A stretch of 63,040 nucleotides of DNA, counting the filler, from Ministeria vibrans ATCC 50519 (taxonomy: Eukaryota; Protista; Filasterea): NCBI GenBank assembly GCA_943704425.1. It is 10 parts of 10 records of this genome, joined end to end, with 100 filler letters (N's around TTAATTAATTAA, not from the genome) between each part and the next. Parts side by side here need not be neighbours in the genome. Positions count along the whole stretch, not along the records: positions 1 to 13,071 come from CALSCP010000927.1; 9 more parts are not named here. One strand, 5' to 3'. The notes under the pieces were generated by a model. That model was given only the letters and a program-made list of their open reading frames with translations, ran no database searches and was not told the origin of the DNA. Of the stretch, positions 1 to 11,468 are shown in pieces (the stretch's first letter is position 1; every line of letters starts with the position of its first letter). The position numbers and the translations under genes were made by a program.

Positions 1-46
1 CCCGCCCCGCCTGCTTACCCCCACCCCCCTGCTCCTGCACTCCAGC

Positions 47-3035
47 TTCCGCCTGGAGAATGCGCTTGAAAGCCTCTACAGCGGCGGCCAGGTGGCGCTG
101 AGTTGCGCCGGCGAACACATCTTTTGTCCATGCGACGAACGCGTGCGCGTCGTCGACACGGCGACCGGCCTGGTTGTGGCGACTCTCGAGAGCGACACGG
201 AGCCGGTCACGTCGATCGCGGTGTCGCCGGACGGCGCCACAGTCGCAGTGGCCAGTCGCAGCATGCACATTCGGCTGTGGCGGTGGAAATCAAACACCGT
301 CACGCACACGTGGAAGGTACGAATCACTCCCGCACTCCGCCGCACAATGGTCGAGAGGCACGATGCGACGCGACCGCGGCAGTCTCAACCCGCTTTGTTT
401 CGTCTCTTGTAGCCCCACGACGTTCCTGTCTCTTCGATGGACTTTGACCCCACGTCGACGCTCCTCGCCACCGGCTCCAGCAACGGCAGCGTCAAGGTGT
501 TTGACGTCGAGCGGGGCTTCTGCACCCACAACTTTCGCGGCTCCCAGGGCATTGTGTGCACCGTGCGCTTCTTTCCCATGGCGCGTCGCCTCCACCTGTA
601 CACAGCCGCCGATGACTGCAAAGTGCGCGTCTGGTCGCTCCAGAAGAAGGCCTGCATTGCCATCCTTGAGGGGCACGTCAGTCCCGTGCGCGCCATCGCC
701 TTCCTGGGCCCGAGCCATGTCCTCACAGGCGGCCGCGACAAGGTCATCCACGTCTGGCGAACGACGGCCGACAAAAAGCAACAGGAACAGCACGAGCACA
801 CTCGCATCCGAACCATCCCCGCTTTCGAGTGCATCGAAGGTCTTTGCGCCCTTCCAGTGGGCACCACCTGGAGCAACACAGGCGATGGAACCGCCCCCAG
901 CACTACCACCACAACTGTCACCGCAACCTCTCACTTCGTGAGTGCTGGCGAACGCGGTCTTGTCCGCGTGTGGGACCTCTCGCGCGGCGAATGCGTCTAC
1001 ACCGTGCCCGGTACCACCGACAGCGTCAAGTCCATCATGCATTTGGTTCCAGCACCACCACCCGCCTCTAAGAAAGAAGACACAGTCGCCGAGACAGAGA
1101 CAGAGCGAGCAAAGCCCTTTGCGTTCCTCTGCGCCGACATTGAGCAGGGTCTTACTTTGTACACGGCTATTCCCACTCTCGCTGCAGACAAGTACATTGT
1201 CGGCGATAACGACGAGATTATCGACCTTCGCATTGTTGACCCGGACAGCGTCTCGACTGCATCACCTGCCACTGACACGGTTGCTCGTCTTGTCGTTGCG
1301 ACCAACACAGACCAACTTCGTGTGTTCCGTCTTGATAACTTTTCTGCTGAGGTAAATCAGACGTCTTGCTTCTTGTTATTCATCTCACTTAACCTCTTTG
1401 CTTGTGTTGTTTTATCTCTTTCTCTTTATCACGTTGTTTTTTGTTTTTGTTTTTTTGTTTTTTTTTGTTCTCTTTCTACTTTTTTTTTCTTTTTTGGTTT
1501 TTTTCTCTCTGTTTCTTTCTCTGTAGGTTCTTTCGGGACACACCAACACAATTTTGTCAGTGGACGCGAGTGGCGACGGACGGCTGTTGGCGACGAGCTC
1601 AAAGGACACGACAGTGCGGTTCTGGCGATACCGCAAAGGGCGCTATGTGAGTGGCGGCGTTGGCCTGGGCCACACGGATGCTGTGGGTGCCGTGGCACTG
1701 GCGGTGCGCTCGGGGGCATTTGCTGTGTCGGGCTCACTGGACCGCACACTGAAGATTTGGGACGTATCGGAGGCGAGTGTTGGCAAAGGAAAGAAGGTGA
1801 CTGCGCGAGTGACAGTGATTGGCCACGACAAAGACATCAATGCAGTTGTGGTGGCGCCCAACGACAAGGTGTTTGCGTCAGCGTCGCAGGACCGCACTGC
1901 CAAGGTGTGGCGCACTGACACAGGAGCACTTGTGGGCGTCTGTCGTGGTCACAAACGCGGTGTGTGGTCGGCGCAGTTTTCGCCTGTCGACCAGGTTCTT
2001 GCGACTGCCAGCGGTGACCGCACTGTCCGTCTTTGGTCTCTTGCCGACTTTAGCTGTCTGAAGACCTTTGAAGGTCATGCCAACTCCGTCTTGAAGGTAG
2101 CGTAAAAAACGCGTAGAAGAAGGGATATGTTTTTTTTCATGCTTGGTTCATTTTTTTTTCAGGTCGTGTTTGTGACGCGAGGAATGCAGTTAGTGTCGAG
2201 CGGTGGTGATGGGCTGGTGAAGCTGTGGACGGTGCGGACGAACGAGTGTGTGGCTACGATGGACGGACACACGGAGAAGGTGTGGGCGGTGGCGGCGGGT
2301 GGAGATGGGGATGTGGTGGTGAGCGGAGGAGGCGATGGGGTGCTGAATGTGTGGCGGGATGCGACGCAGGTGGATGCCGCCGAGGCCAATGCGGCCGCTG
2401 AGAAGCAGATTCTGATGGAGCAAGACCTGGCCAATGTGATGCGTGACAAGAACTACGTGCGTGCGCTGCAGTTGGCTATTGAGCTGCAGCAGCCGCGTCG
2501 CGCGCTCGGAATTATCCGCGAGCTGCTGGGCGAGACGACGGACACTCGCGGTCTTGCGAGTGTGCTCACGGCACTCGACGACGACCAGCTGGCGGCAGTG
2601 CTGCGCTTTGTGCGCGACTGGAACACCAACTCCAAGCACGCGGCGGTGGCCCAGCAAGTGCTCAATGTGATTGCGCGCGCCATTCCCGCTGCGCGTCTGC
2701 TTGGGTCGCCCGATATCAAGGCGCTGCTCGAGGCACTTCTGTCGTACACGGACCGTCATTTCCAGCGCGCAGTGGGAATTGTCGAGCAGACTTACCTTAT
2801 TGACTACACGTGGAACGTGCTCCGTGGTGGTGTGGTGGAGGACGGAGTGACCAAGAAGCGACCCCTTGAGGAAGACACGGAAAAGGAAACGGAGCAGAAG
2901 ACCGTGGCAGAGACTGAGAAGATGACTGAAACCGAGAAGGTGACTGAGACAGAGACTGAGATGGAAAAGGAAGAGTCACAGGTTGTGATGAGCCCCAGTG
3001 GTCGCCCCAAGCGCAAGAAGACAAAGAAACTGTAG
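47..3035 (+). CDS. UTP13: U3 snoRNP/SSU processome WD40 protein UTP13 (TBL3); 5' end lies outside the window; introns at about 317-412, 1352-1526 and 2097-2162
   Basis: Many WD40 repeats (GHVSPV..VW, GHTDAVGAV..IWD, GHDKDINAV, GHKRGVWSAQFSPVDQVLATASGDRTVRLW). C-terminal Utp13 domain (EQDLAN..ALQLAIEL.QPRR; LRFVRDWNTNSKHAAVAQQVL; LLSYTDRHFQR). Splicing at GT-AG sites keeps the frame. Confidence 0.93.
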
Positions 3036-3146
3036 ATCCTCATCTCATTTGTAAAATTAAAGAAGAACAAAAAGAATATTTTGTTGGGGTTTTTTTAATC
3101 ACACAAGACGCTGAGAAGGAAAGAAAAAGGAAGAAGAAACATAAAA

Positions 3147-3299
3147 TTAGGTGAGACATTCTCGAGCCTCAATAATGGCTCTGCTCTGCTGTTGAAGAGT
3201 CTGGCGTTCAGCACAAAAGCGCTTCTCAAGAGAGACACCAAAGGCAGCGGCGATAAGCGCAAGCAGCTGCTCTTCCTCGTCGGTAGATGTGCCTGAAAC

Positions 3300-3388
<89 letters not shown>

Positions 3389-6300
3389 AAGTGATAGAGA
3401 GAGAGAGAGAAACAAAGTGGTAGAGAAAAACAAAGTGATAGAGAGAGAGGAACAAAGTGATAAAGAGAGAGAGGAACAAAGTGATAGAGAGAAACAAAGT
3501 GATAGAAAGAGAGAAATAAGACGCATGTCAGCACCGATATGTTGTACGATCGTATGTGTTACCCAGGTCAGCAAATTCGTCGTCGGGAGAGAGAGAGGAA
3601 GCCGGAAGGGAGAAAGAGGGCCCCAGAGCAAGCACCCACAATTCGGCAAGGATCGCCTGCGTTTCGTCAAGGCTGAGTTCGCGGCCAAGCGGGACCATGT
3701 GAGCGGGCGAGAGCTGGTTCAGCAGGGCCGCTAAAGCCGTCTGGCGCTCGCGACGGCTGTTGTTCTCGTTCAGGAGGGGCAGGCGTTCGCGGGCAAGAGC
3801 CTTGGCGCGTGTCTGAATGGAGTCGATTTCGGCACGGAGCAACTGAACGCGTTCGCGCACAGCGACACGGAGCGAGTCAAGGTCGTTTTTGAGGGGTGCT
3901 GCCTCAATGCGCTTGCGAAGAGGCTCGAGCAGCGTATCGATGACCGGGCGCACCTTGTCCTTGATGGCCTGCGTTGCTCCACTCTCGCGGCGGTACTGCT
4001 CGCCGTAGATGCGCTCCGTGTGCGGTTGCTCGACATACTGCAGGAACAGAGCCCACGACACCTGACTCAGCAGCGCCAAAAAGTACATCCAAAGATTGCC
4101 ACTGATGATCGCCAGTCCATAGTGACCCGCAAAGCCCATGTACTAATGAAAGAAAAATGATTTCATGAGTGAGTGAGAGGGTGAAATGAAAGAGAGTGTG
4201 CTACCTTTTCAGGGTTGTTCAGGAAGCGGTAGATTCCCGTGTAGTTGATATTGCTCTTGACGTCGGGCAAGAAGAAGTCACCGTAGAACCAGCCAAAGTC
4301 GCCGAGAACCTCATAGGACTCAAGGGAGGCCAAGACATGAAGAGCCACAAGAACGGCGCCAAGAACATGACGGAAGAGAGTGCCGCCCACCGCCCAGTCG
4401 TCGGGAAGGTGGTAAAGACTCAGAGTGCACACGACAAAGGAGAGGTGCGTGCAGAGAAGGGAGGCGGTAAAGAGTGTGCGGAACTGATCGAATGCGTAGG
4501 CTTTGGTGAAACCGCGAAGAACCCAATGCCGCGTGAACCATTGCGAGTTGGACTGGTGGAACAACAGCAGACCTAGAGTGTGTGTGACGTGTGTTAGTGA
4601 CAAGTCAGTGAGTCAGGGGAGCGAGTACCAAGTCCGCCCGAGTGCAAGAGACGAAAGGCAACCGCCATCAGGAAAAAGAAGCGCGCAGAGAGAGGCAGGA
4701 AGACACTGAGGGACAGCAGAGCAAGGACAATCATCAGAAGGAGATCGGATGCGCGAAGAGGGTCCAACTGCGACAGACCAAAGAAGGTACTGCCCCGAAA
4801 GTACTTGCGAAGAGCCTAAAATTGCAGAGAGATGAATGAGTGAGGAGATTAAATCGATCAAATGACTCGTGTGTGTATCTTCTCTCTTTACCTTTGCTTG
4901 GTCTGCATCCACTGCTGGCTTGGTGGGCTTGCCATAAATCTTTTCAATGTGAGGATTCTCAACGACATACAGAAATGCAAACTAAAATCGCAACGTCATG
5001 TCAGTATACAAACACCCAGTAAGATGTGTGTGTGTGTGCACTGACCTGCATAATATGAGCAGCAATGCTTGCATAGAGCACCACATAAGAACGCATGGCA
5101 AGCGAACAGCCATACTTGAACATATACCCCACTGAGTACATTGGATGAGGAGCCTAAAACACACACACACACACATAGCAGAATACAAAATAAGTGCATA
5201 CTTATTATTATTATTATATTTTTGTCATAAAATTTACCATTTGGTACACTCCGTCAAATGTGAGTTGTGCGTCGATGGTGAACCAGAAGTCGGACCAGTA
5301 CCATGCTTCGACTTTGACAACGCGCAAAGCATCCTTTTTGATCCACAGGTTCAGCACGCACAGAAACACTCCAGCACAGTACTATACCAAAAAAAAAAAA
5401 AATAGAGTGAGAGAGGGAATCGCCAAATTGGAAAAGAGAGAATCGACAGAATGTGCGAGTGTGTATCGCCAAAATGAAAAAGTGAGAATCGAGGAGGATT
5501 GAATTGAGTGACTGACCTGAAGAACATCAAAGAGACCAAGCGAGGTAGTCGGAAACTCCATGTACGACAGACAAAAGAGGGCGTAGGTCGAGAGGTCCTG
5601 GCCCAGCACAATGTCGACGAGCTGGCGGAAGGCCAGCCAGGCGTTGAAGGCAGGTGGAGCACTGTCAAAGTCAAATGACGGGTCAAGTTTGCGCGAGAGC
5701 GCGGTGCGCATTAGCTTGTAGAGACGCGTGTTGGATTGCGTGCGCATGAACCACTAAAATAGTACCCACCCCCCAAAAAAAAAGAAAAGAGAAAAAAAGA
5801 AAAAAAGACAGAGTAAGAAATGAAAGACAGTTGAAGCGCGCATCAGACACTTTTCGTACCTCCATTGCTCGCGTGGACCATTGAGTTTCCGACTGGGCAC
5901 GCAACAGAAAACCAATGCCAATGTCGTAGGCGCAGCGCCAGAAGAAGAAAAGACAGAGAAAGAGGAAGGGCGAGGGGCGCACCCAGACGAAGAGGTAGAG
6001 GTGCAGTGCAAAGATGCTGAGATGAAGGTAGTCGAAAATGTTCCAGGTGTGCGGGTGCATGATGGAGTGGAGGACGTCGTGGGTCTCGGGCACGACAAAG
6101 CCCGAGCCGGACTTGGTGCGGCCGCGACGGCCCACCGGAAGCTGTTCCTTGGCGCTCCTTGCGGCGGACGCCTTGGGCGCCTCCGGTTTCGCCTGGTTTC
6201 GGGCAGAGCGGCGCTGACGCACGCCGGAGTTGGGCGTCTCCTGTGCTGTGGCGTCACCGACGGCCGACGACTCGCTGCGGTCCGTGCTGTCGTCGTCGTC

Positions 6301-6702
6301 GACGGCGCTGTCGTCGCTGGCGAGGTCCGTCGTGGCGCTTTGGGAGGGCAGGCGAAAGAAGACTTCTTTTTCCGGCGCCGCCAGCGTGCTTGTGGGCTCG
6401 GAAACGGTGTCTTCGCTGGCGGAGGGCGGCGCCACGCCTGCGGGTTCGTCAGTCGCGCTGACGGTGGCGTCGGGGGCGGTGGTGGGAGGCAGGGATGGGG
6501 AGGAAAGTCGGTCCACGTCGGTCGGCGTGATAACATGTGATTCAAGTGAAATCTGCGCGTCGTCGTCGCTTGCTTCGGCTGCACTTGTCGGCTCAGAGCC
6601 GTTCGGATGCGATGGTTCGGGAGGGTCGGGCGACGGGTCGAGCAGGGGCGCGACACAGGCGGGCGTTGGGGGGGTGGGATTCTCGTGTGTGCTGTCGGCC
6701 AT
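3147..6702 (-). CDS. CHO2: Phosphatidylethanolamine N-methyltransferase, CHO2/PEM1 type (two PEMT halves, acidic disordered N-terminus), multi-exon
   Basis: The spliced product contains [42 protein letters not shown] and [11 protein letters not shown]. The second half contains [28 protein letters not shown] and [11 protein letters not shown]. These are signatures of fungal Cho2. Confidence 0.88.
3301..3510 (+). repeat. Intronic (GA)n microsatellite with interspersed ACAAAGTGATAG units
   Basis: Directly visible in the last CHO2 intron. Confidence 0.9.
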
Positions 6703-7187
6703 TAGAGGGAATATCTATGTCGAGCAGAAGGCAACAATGCAGCGGGTGAAGGTACGACTCTTGTAGCGAAGGCTCATGCAACAAGATAAAAAATTAATAT
6801 TATTTTAGTTTCAGCCATTGCCCATTCAAATGTCTAATCATTCAACTCATCGATCACTCACCCAAGGCCCGCGACACACCTACCCAACAAGCTCGTGACG
6901 AGACACGTAAAAGGTCACGACTCACGGCCAGAGTCCAGACGGGCACAAGCAGGTCTGACAGGTCGCTCAGGAGTATGAAATGTGTATTTTTAATAATAAT
7001 TCTCTTTCGACATTCCTCACAGCTTCTGGCGCAAAAGAACAGTCTCAGATACCAGTTGCGACGGGCAATCATTCTGAATAGCAATTTCACGTGTGCGCAC
7101 AATTTAGTTGATCACACAGTGATCACAAGTGTGTCACAAGTTGTTAGTTCACTCCATTTTCTTTTTCGCTTTCAGTTTCCCCTTACG

Positions 7188-7309
7188 ATGGGGTGTTGTT
7201 TCTCGTCGGATGCGCGTAGGCGCAGCGAGGAGACAGAGAGTCTTCTCGCGTCCAAGCAATTGTAAGGCAGTGGGTCGGCAGTGGATGTTTGAGTCGGCAG
7301 AACTGACAG

Positions 7310-7351
<42 letters not shown>

Positions 7352-8000
7352 TCTCTCTCTGCAGCGCGCGATATGTATCGGAGAACGACGAGGACTTGAA
7401 GTTGCTCGACGCCTCCAAAATCAAACTGCACGGCCGTGTTGGTAAGAACGAGAGAGAGAGAGAGAGAAAGAGAGAAGGGGAATTTTTTTTTTTTTTTTGC
7501 ATCGATTGGATGACAAGAGAACGAATGACGGACTTACACTGTGACACAGGCAAGGGTGCATTCGCAACAGTGTACAAGGGCATCTACGGAGGCCAGCCCG
7601 TCGCCGTGAAAAAGTAATTTTGGGGCGAAAGGGGCAAAAGCAGTTGAGGGAACTGAGTCGGCGCTGCTCGTAGATATTACTATCAGACGCTCAACAACCC
7701 CGCCGTGAAGAGGTTTTGCCGCGAAAGTCGCTTGATTCGGTACGCTGCAGGGCTCTGCTGTGCTGTGCTGAAGCTCATTTGGTTTTTTTTTTCTTTTTTT
7801 TTTTTCGTGTCATCTCCTGCTCATAATTATAATGGCAGATCATTAGACCATCCGAATGTATTGAGATTCCACGGATTCTGCGTGATGCCACCGCATTTGT
7901 GCCTTGTAACACAGTTCTACGAGAATGGTTCGCTTCGAGAAATGTTGAAAAGAGCGACGCAGCCACTTGAGTTCAGTCAGGTGAGTGTACTGTCTATCTA

Positions 8001-8031
<31 letters not shown>

Positions 8032-8609
8032 GTTTGTGTAGCTTCTTGTGTTTTTTGGTTTGGCTTTTGTATCTGATTGTTGGGTGTGTGTAGGCGCTGC
8101 GTTTGAGTCTGGGGTGCAGTTACGGAATGGCGCATCTGCACTCGCGGGATCCGCCGATCATTTGGCGCGACTGCAAGTCGGCCAACTACCTTGTGGGTGC
8201 TGGGGACGTGGTAGTCCTTGCGGATCTGGGGGAAAGCCGTGAAGTGCGCGACAAGATGACGCGTGGAGTGGGCACGCCGTTGTGGATGGCGCCTGAGGTG
8301 ATGCAGGGTCAAGGACGACGTGTGCGGTACACGACGGCTGCCGACGTGTATGGGCTGGGGCTGGTCTTCTGGGAGATTGTCACACGACGGACGCCCTTTG
8401 ATGAGATTGCTGACTTTAGCGTACAGGGCACGGCTGGCCGCAACATTCGTCCGACCCTTCCACCGGAGGTCGACGAAGACTATGCACAGCTCATTCAGGA
8501 TATGTGGAATACGGTTCCGGAGGAGCGCCCAAGTGCACAGGAGGTTGTCGAGCGCATTGAGGGCATGCTCAGGCAACGCAGCATCCCTTTTCCCAACACT
8601 GACGCCTGA
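7188..8609 (+). CDS. Small TKL-group protein kinase with an N-terminal MGCC acylation motif (6 exons)
   Basis: Spliced: MGCCFSS..; GRVGKGAFATVYKG; VAVKK; LDHPNVLRFHG; IIWRDCKSANYL; ADLGESR; GVGTPLWMAPE; ADVYGLG; RPSAQEV. All junctions are GT-AG and in frame. Confidence 0.88.
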
Positions 8610-8658
8610 CACTCTTGTGGCAGTTCCGAAATTGGCGACCATGCAAAGATGAAGAAGA

Positions 8659-8660
<2 letters not shown>

Positions 8661-8741
<81 letters not shown>

Positions 8742-8926
8742 NNNNNGAATACACACTGACACTAGTATAATGTTAATATTATTATGAGATTGCATAATCA
8801 TTATATTAGGGGGAGAAAGAGAGTGAGTAAGCGATTGAGTGAATGAAAGAGAGAGAGAGTGGGTGAGTGAGTAAGCGACTGAGTGAATGAAAGAAAGAGA
8901 GAGAGTGAGTAAGCGATTGAGTGAAT

Positions 8927-8976
<50 letters not shown>

Positions 8977-8990
8977 GTGAGTGAATGGCA
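8661..8990 (+). repeat. (GA)n tract plus about three copies of a GAGTAAGCGA(T/C)TGAGTGAATGAAAGA unit
   Basis: Directly visible. Confidence 0.85.
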
Positions 8991-9429
8991 GGAAAGAAGC
9001 GAGTGTGAGAGAATAAATGATTCAATAATTTGTGACAGAAAAATAATAATAATAATAATAATACTCAAAATAATAATAATAATAATAATCAAAATTAATA
9101 AAAATTTCAAAACTAGTCTCAAATTTTTATCGTCATGTGCGGAGTGCGATGTTGCGAGAGGGAAAGAGTGAGAGTGCGATTGAGAGAGAATTATCCATTT
9201 TGTATGAGTTTGAGAGAAAGCCAACCAACTTTCGCAAGTGGGCTGTACAGTAAATATGTAATGAACTAAGAATAAATAATATTTATAAATGGGTTGTATT
9301 AATGTATTCTTCTTCTATTTAGAGTTCTTAGTCCGTAATCCAATTTTATTTCATTTATCATAAATCATTCTGCAAATTGAAATATTTTCCTAATTTTTTT
9401 GATTTTTTTCAGAGAATTCGCTACATGTC

Positions 9430-9984
9430 ATGCTCGGAGTTGCTCACCGTCGCTCTCTGATGCTTCACCGTCTGAATACGAAGGGGCCGGTCTTGTATGC
9501 CTGTGCGCGAGACAGTGACCCGCACTCCAATGGAAACTCGCACCCGTCGACTCCCAAGCCCAACTTCGATAGGCTTGTCCGAACCCTTGCGGAGAGGTTA
9601 CGGCGCACGTTTGAGGGCATCGACCATACGGATATGTGCGACGAGAGCGTCGTTCTCGCAATTTCCGTCTCGCCTCTTCCAAAGGCCGAATTTGTCGGTC
9701 TGCCGAAATACCGGAAGGCTATGCGAACGTGGCGCACGGCCATGGCCGCCACACTGACCCACCCTAGTATTGAGATTTGCGACATCGTCCTGTTGGCGCG
9801 CGAGAGACGCGCAGTCGTCGCGTGGGATTTGCAAGTTCGCGCCGAACTTCCTCTGTCTCCTCTGTCGTTCCACGGGTCCCTGATCTCAAACTTTGACTTT
9901 AGCGAGAATGGTCTTATTGTGCGACACGAAGTGACTCGTGAATGTCGGCCGTGGAACCGAAATGGCACGAATTTGTGTTTGTAG
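9430..9984 (+). CDS. Intronless 184-aa protein, possibly NTF2/SnoaL-like fold, with a possible mitochondrial presequence
   Basis: ATG-initiated GC-rich ORF between AT-rich flanks. The N-terminus is Arg-rich and acid-poor. The C-terminal pattern (VVAWDLQV..FHGSLISNFDFSENGLIVRHEV) resembles SnoaL/DUF2358 proteins. Confidence 0.5.
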   Translation: MLGVAHRRSLMLHRLNTKGPVLYACARDSDPHSNGNSHPSTPKPNFDRLVRTLAERLRRTFEGIDHTDMCDESVVLAISVSPLPKAEFVGLPKYRKAMRTWRTAMAATLTHPSIEICDIVLLARERRAVVAWDLQVRAELPLSPLSFHGSLISNFDFSENGLIVRHEVTRECRPWNRNGTNLCL

Positions 9985-10170
9985 TAATATTTTGTAAAGC
10001 GAAAGGTGTCTGTGATATAGTAACGTGAAACGTCTCAACTCTCAATGATCAATCGACAGTGAGAGCCGAAAATCATTAAAACTTACTCATCTTCTTCTAC
10101 GAGACATGAATTTTGTCTTTATTTTTTCTGTCGTTGACTGACTATCGGAACAACTACTAATGTTTTATGT

Positions 10171-11427
10171 ATGATTCTGCCAGACGAACTTCTCGTCGCC
10201 ATAGTGGCCCGATGCCCCGCCTCAGTTGCCATGCGACTACGTAGGACCTGCCAGCAGTGGTTTCGTGTGACTACGAGCGACGGGTGGCGCTGCTTGCGTG
10301 TTGTGGATGGTGAAACGCAAGATCGTCGCGAAACCGAACTCTTTCTGCGACTATCCGCACAAGCGGGCACCTGGCGCCACCTGATCAACACTGGCAAGCT
10401 GCACGTTCCCTTTGAATCTGCCGATGAGGCTTCGCGCGATTGCGAGCGTTCAATTCTTCTCAAATGCCCACTTGTGTTTGAGGCGATCGCCTCCTCCTGC
10501 AACGTTGCGCTGGAGGCCCCCCGCAGCGAGGGAGCCGCATGCTCCAGTGGCGATCCCTCCCTGTGGGCGTTTCTCTGCTCCAATGCCCCCGACGTTGAGC
10601 TGTACGCCCAGGTGGCGAGCCGCTACGAGCCGCTCTCCGAAGTGCGCATTCGTCTCAATCTCTTGGCCGCCTGCGAACGAGCGCACTGCCTCCCTCTTGT
10701 GCGTCTGCTGATCCACTCTCTTGCTGATCCTTCGTGGATCTGGCTTGACGAGGAGCAAGAAGCCATTCAGACGGTCGTTTTGTCAGATGCACCCTCAGTA
10801 TTGCCTCTGCTCTTGGAGGTTGTTGACAGCGATGCTGCGCGCTCCACGCTCGTGAATGAGGCTTTGAATCACGCGGCTGTTCGAGCGGCTGATGACACTG
10901 TCAAGCACCTGCTTGAACACTACAACCCTACGGCCTCTGCGCAATCTCACGCTCTGCGATGTGCCGTGTGTGTCGACCGTGCGAGTGTCGTCGACATCCT
11001 CTTGCACGCCCCCTATTCAAAAGCTGACCCATCCGAGGCGGAGTGCGCTGTCCTTGAAGACGCTGCGAAAATGGGTTCCTCACACTCTTTGGAGCTCCTT
11101 CTACGTGATCCGCGCGTCGACGTGCACCAACACGGTGTGAGAGCCCTATCACTGGCATGCGACTACGGCCATGTAGACGCAGCGCGTGTGCTGCTCGCCT
11201 GTTCCCGCGTCGACTCGAGCTCTCTCGCTCAGTGCGACGCCCTCATTGGCGCCGCCGACAACGGCCATGTAGACGTGGTTACATTGCTCCTGAGCGACCG
11301 TCGCGTCGACCCCACAGCACGCATGAATGAGGCGCTCTCGTGTGCCCGCCATTCAGGTCATCAGCGGGTCGTGCAAAAGTTGCTGGGTGATTCGCGTGTG
11401 CGCAACTTTGAAGATCGCTTTTTCTGA
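10171..11427 (+). CDS. Intronless F-box-like plus ankyrin-repeat protein
   Basis: N-terminal LPDELLVAIV..LRRTCQQW (F-box pattern). C-terminal ankyrin repeats: ACDYGHVDAARVLL, AADNGHVDVVTLLLSDRRVDP, ARHSGHQRVVQKLL. Confidence 0.8.
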   Translation: MILPDELLVAIVARCPASVAMRLRRTCQQWFRVTTSDGWRCLRVVDGETQDRRETELFLRLSAQAGTWRHLINTGKLHVPFESADEASRDCERSILLKCPLVFEAIASSCNVALEAPRSEGAACSSGDPSLWAFLCSNAPDVELYAQVASRYEPLSEVRIRLNLLAACERAHCLPLVRLLIHSLADPSWIWLDEEQEAIQTVVLSDAPSVLPLLLEVVDSDAARSTLVNEALNHAAVRAADDTVKHLLEHYNPTASAQSHALRCAVCVDRASVVDILLHAPYSKADPSEAECAVLEDAAKMGSSHSLELLLRDPRVDVHQHGVRALSLACDYGHVDAARVLLACSRVDSSSLAQCDALIGAADNGHVDVVTLLLSDRRVDPTARMNEALSCARHSGHQRVVQKLLGDSRVRNFEDRFF

Positions 11428-11468
11428 ATAGCATCGCAATTACAATGTACACTATCCTTGTATGTATT

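Noticed and set aside
7998-9224. Long ORFs rich in SLSL, ERER, CVCV, THTH or poly-I (also 3095-3688 and 48436-49329)
   Set aside because: These are translations of microsatellites and N runs.
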